IMG/VR virus record: IMGVR_UViG_2888103098_000001 | Location: 1,566-65,565 of that record | DNA from: a virus | Strand: one strand, 5' to 3' | DNA length: 64,000 bases | In this document: positions 63,470 to 64,000 of the stretch, in pieces | Layout: each line of letters opens with the position of its first letter | Position numbering within the stretch: the first letter of the stretch is position 1 | Translations under genes and position numbers: made by a program | The notes under the pieces: model-generated | Database searches by the model: none | Seen by the model: the letters and a program-made list of their open reading frames with translations, nothing else | Told to the model about the DNA's origin: nothing

Positions 63470-63484
63470 GGTACGTTTCGTACC
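63470..63484. promoter_or_regulatory. Class A operator, perfect copy, overlapping the putative rIIA promoter TTGACC-17-TACCAC (minus strand)
   Basis: GGTACGTTTCGTACC; -35 at 63491-63496, -10 at 63468-63473. Confidence 0.8.
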
Positions 63485-63537
63485 GCTTGGGGTCAACACA
63501 AATCAGTGCTGATGTATGGGTTATTTGCAGTTGACGG

Positions 63538-63792
63538 TCAGATTTCGACCGTATCTAATGCGGCGCGCCGCGCTTTGAGTTCGCGGAGAGCCTGGTTGCG
63601 AGCGAACAGCGCCAGTCTTTGGTCGCGCGGAGCCTCGGGCTTATTTGCCCCTTGCTCGCGTAACTCTGCGATGTTGCGGGAAATGCGGCGGATATAGTTC
63701 TCGCACTCTTCGAGTGTTTCGACATCCGCCGCCGTCTTCGTGCGAGCACGGTCGATCCAGAAGACCTGCGCTTTACCCAAGACCGTCCCCAT
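63538..63792 (-). CDS. Hypothetical coiled-coil protein
   Basis: MGTVLGKAQVFWIDRAR...; ORF track. Confidence 0.5.
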   Translation of the reverse strand: MGTVLGKAQVFWIDRARTKTAADVETLEECENYIRRISRNIAELREQGANKPEAPRDQRLALFARNQALRELKARRAALDTVEI

Positions 63793-64000
63793 CTCGATAC
63801 GTGATCGGGAAGACCGCGCGGACGCCCTGGAGCGACGCACGGGCTTCCGCCTCGGTGTCGAACAGATACAGGAACAGCCCGCGCTCCGCAGCATACTCCT
63901 TGCCGCCGACGACCTGCTTGCCGGCCTCGTTGAGCTTGCGGTCGTACATCCGCAGCCACTTCGTGACCTCGGGGTTCACCTCGAACACGTCGATCGCCCA
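63773..64000 (-). CDS. Hypothetical protein, 5' end beyond window
   Basis: Open frame ...WAIDVFEVNPEVTKWLRMYDRK... Confidence 0.5.
   Translation of the reverse strand, partial: WAIDVFEVNPEVTKWLRMYDRKLNEAGKQVVGGKEYAAERGLFLYLFDTEAEARASLQGVRAVFPITYRDGDGLG

Larger units (their letters stand above)
1843..63484. repeat. Dispersed 15-bp palindromic repeat GGTACG-TTT/AAA-CGTACC (class A), at least 18 copies
   Basis: Perfect: 23400, 43633, 63470. 14/15: 8523, 45564, 58629, 59004. 13/15: 8469, 14031, 38345, 53839. 12/15: 1843, 2570, 36652, 54651, 54740, 61254. 11/15: 47541. Found by eye. Confidence 0.9.

Noticed and set aside
1843-63484. CRISPR array or REP elements as the explanation for the 15-bp repeat
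   Set aside because: Copies are single and kilobases apart, with no regular spacers and no cas or tyrosine-transposase gene
1-64000. tRNA genes, integrase and att sites
   Set aside because: None recognised by eye. A tRNAscan run and the flanking sequence are needed to exclude them.

Overview
The whole window is a large part of one GC-rich tailed-phage (siphovirus-type) genome. The host is probably alphaproteobacterial (Methylobacterium-like by inference only). The + strand arm (about 2.5-36.9 kb) carries terminase, portal, protease/scaffold, capsid, neck, tail, tape measure, lambda-like tail tip, lysis and fibre genes. The - strand arm (about 36.9-64 kb, plus a primase-helicase running off the left edge) carries nucleotide-pool enzymes, SbcCD-like nuclease, resolvase, ThyX, class II RNR, ligase, family A polymerase, flap nuclease, SF2 helicase and rIIA/rIIB. 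No integrase, partition genes, tRNA or CRISPR array were seen. An IS3 insertion, two in-frame amber codons and four low-GC morons suggest long residence in a host as a prophage or phage-plasmid. The most striking feature not explained by the genes is a dispersed 15-bp palindrome, GGTACG-TTT-CGTACC. It occurs in at least 18 copies across both arms, in promoters, next to start codons and inside coding sequences, like a genome-wide repressor or stoperator network. A second 17-bp dyad, TTC(C/A)TAA-N3-(T/C)TA(G/T)GA(A/C), precedes the head, tail and lysis units. Candidate defence morons are an ABC-ATPase-TOPRIM fusion inside the tail operon and a HEPN-motif/zinc-ribbon protein. All product calls come from motif recognition by eye; no database search was run.
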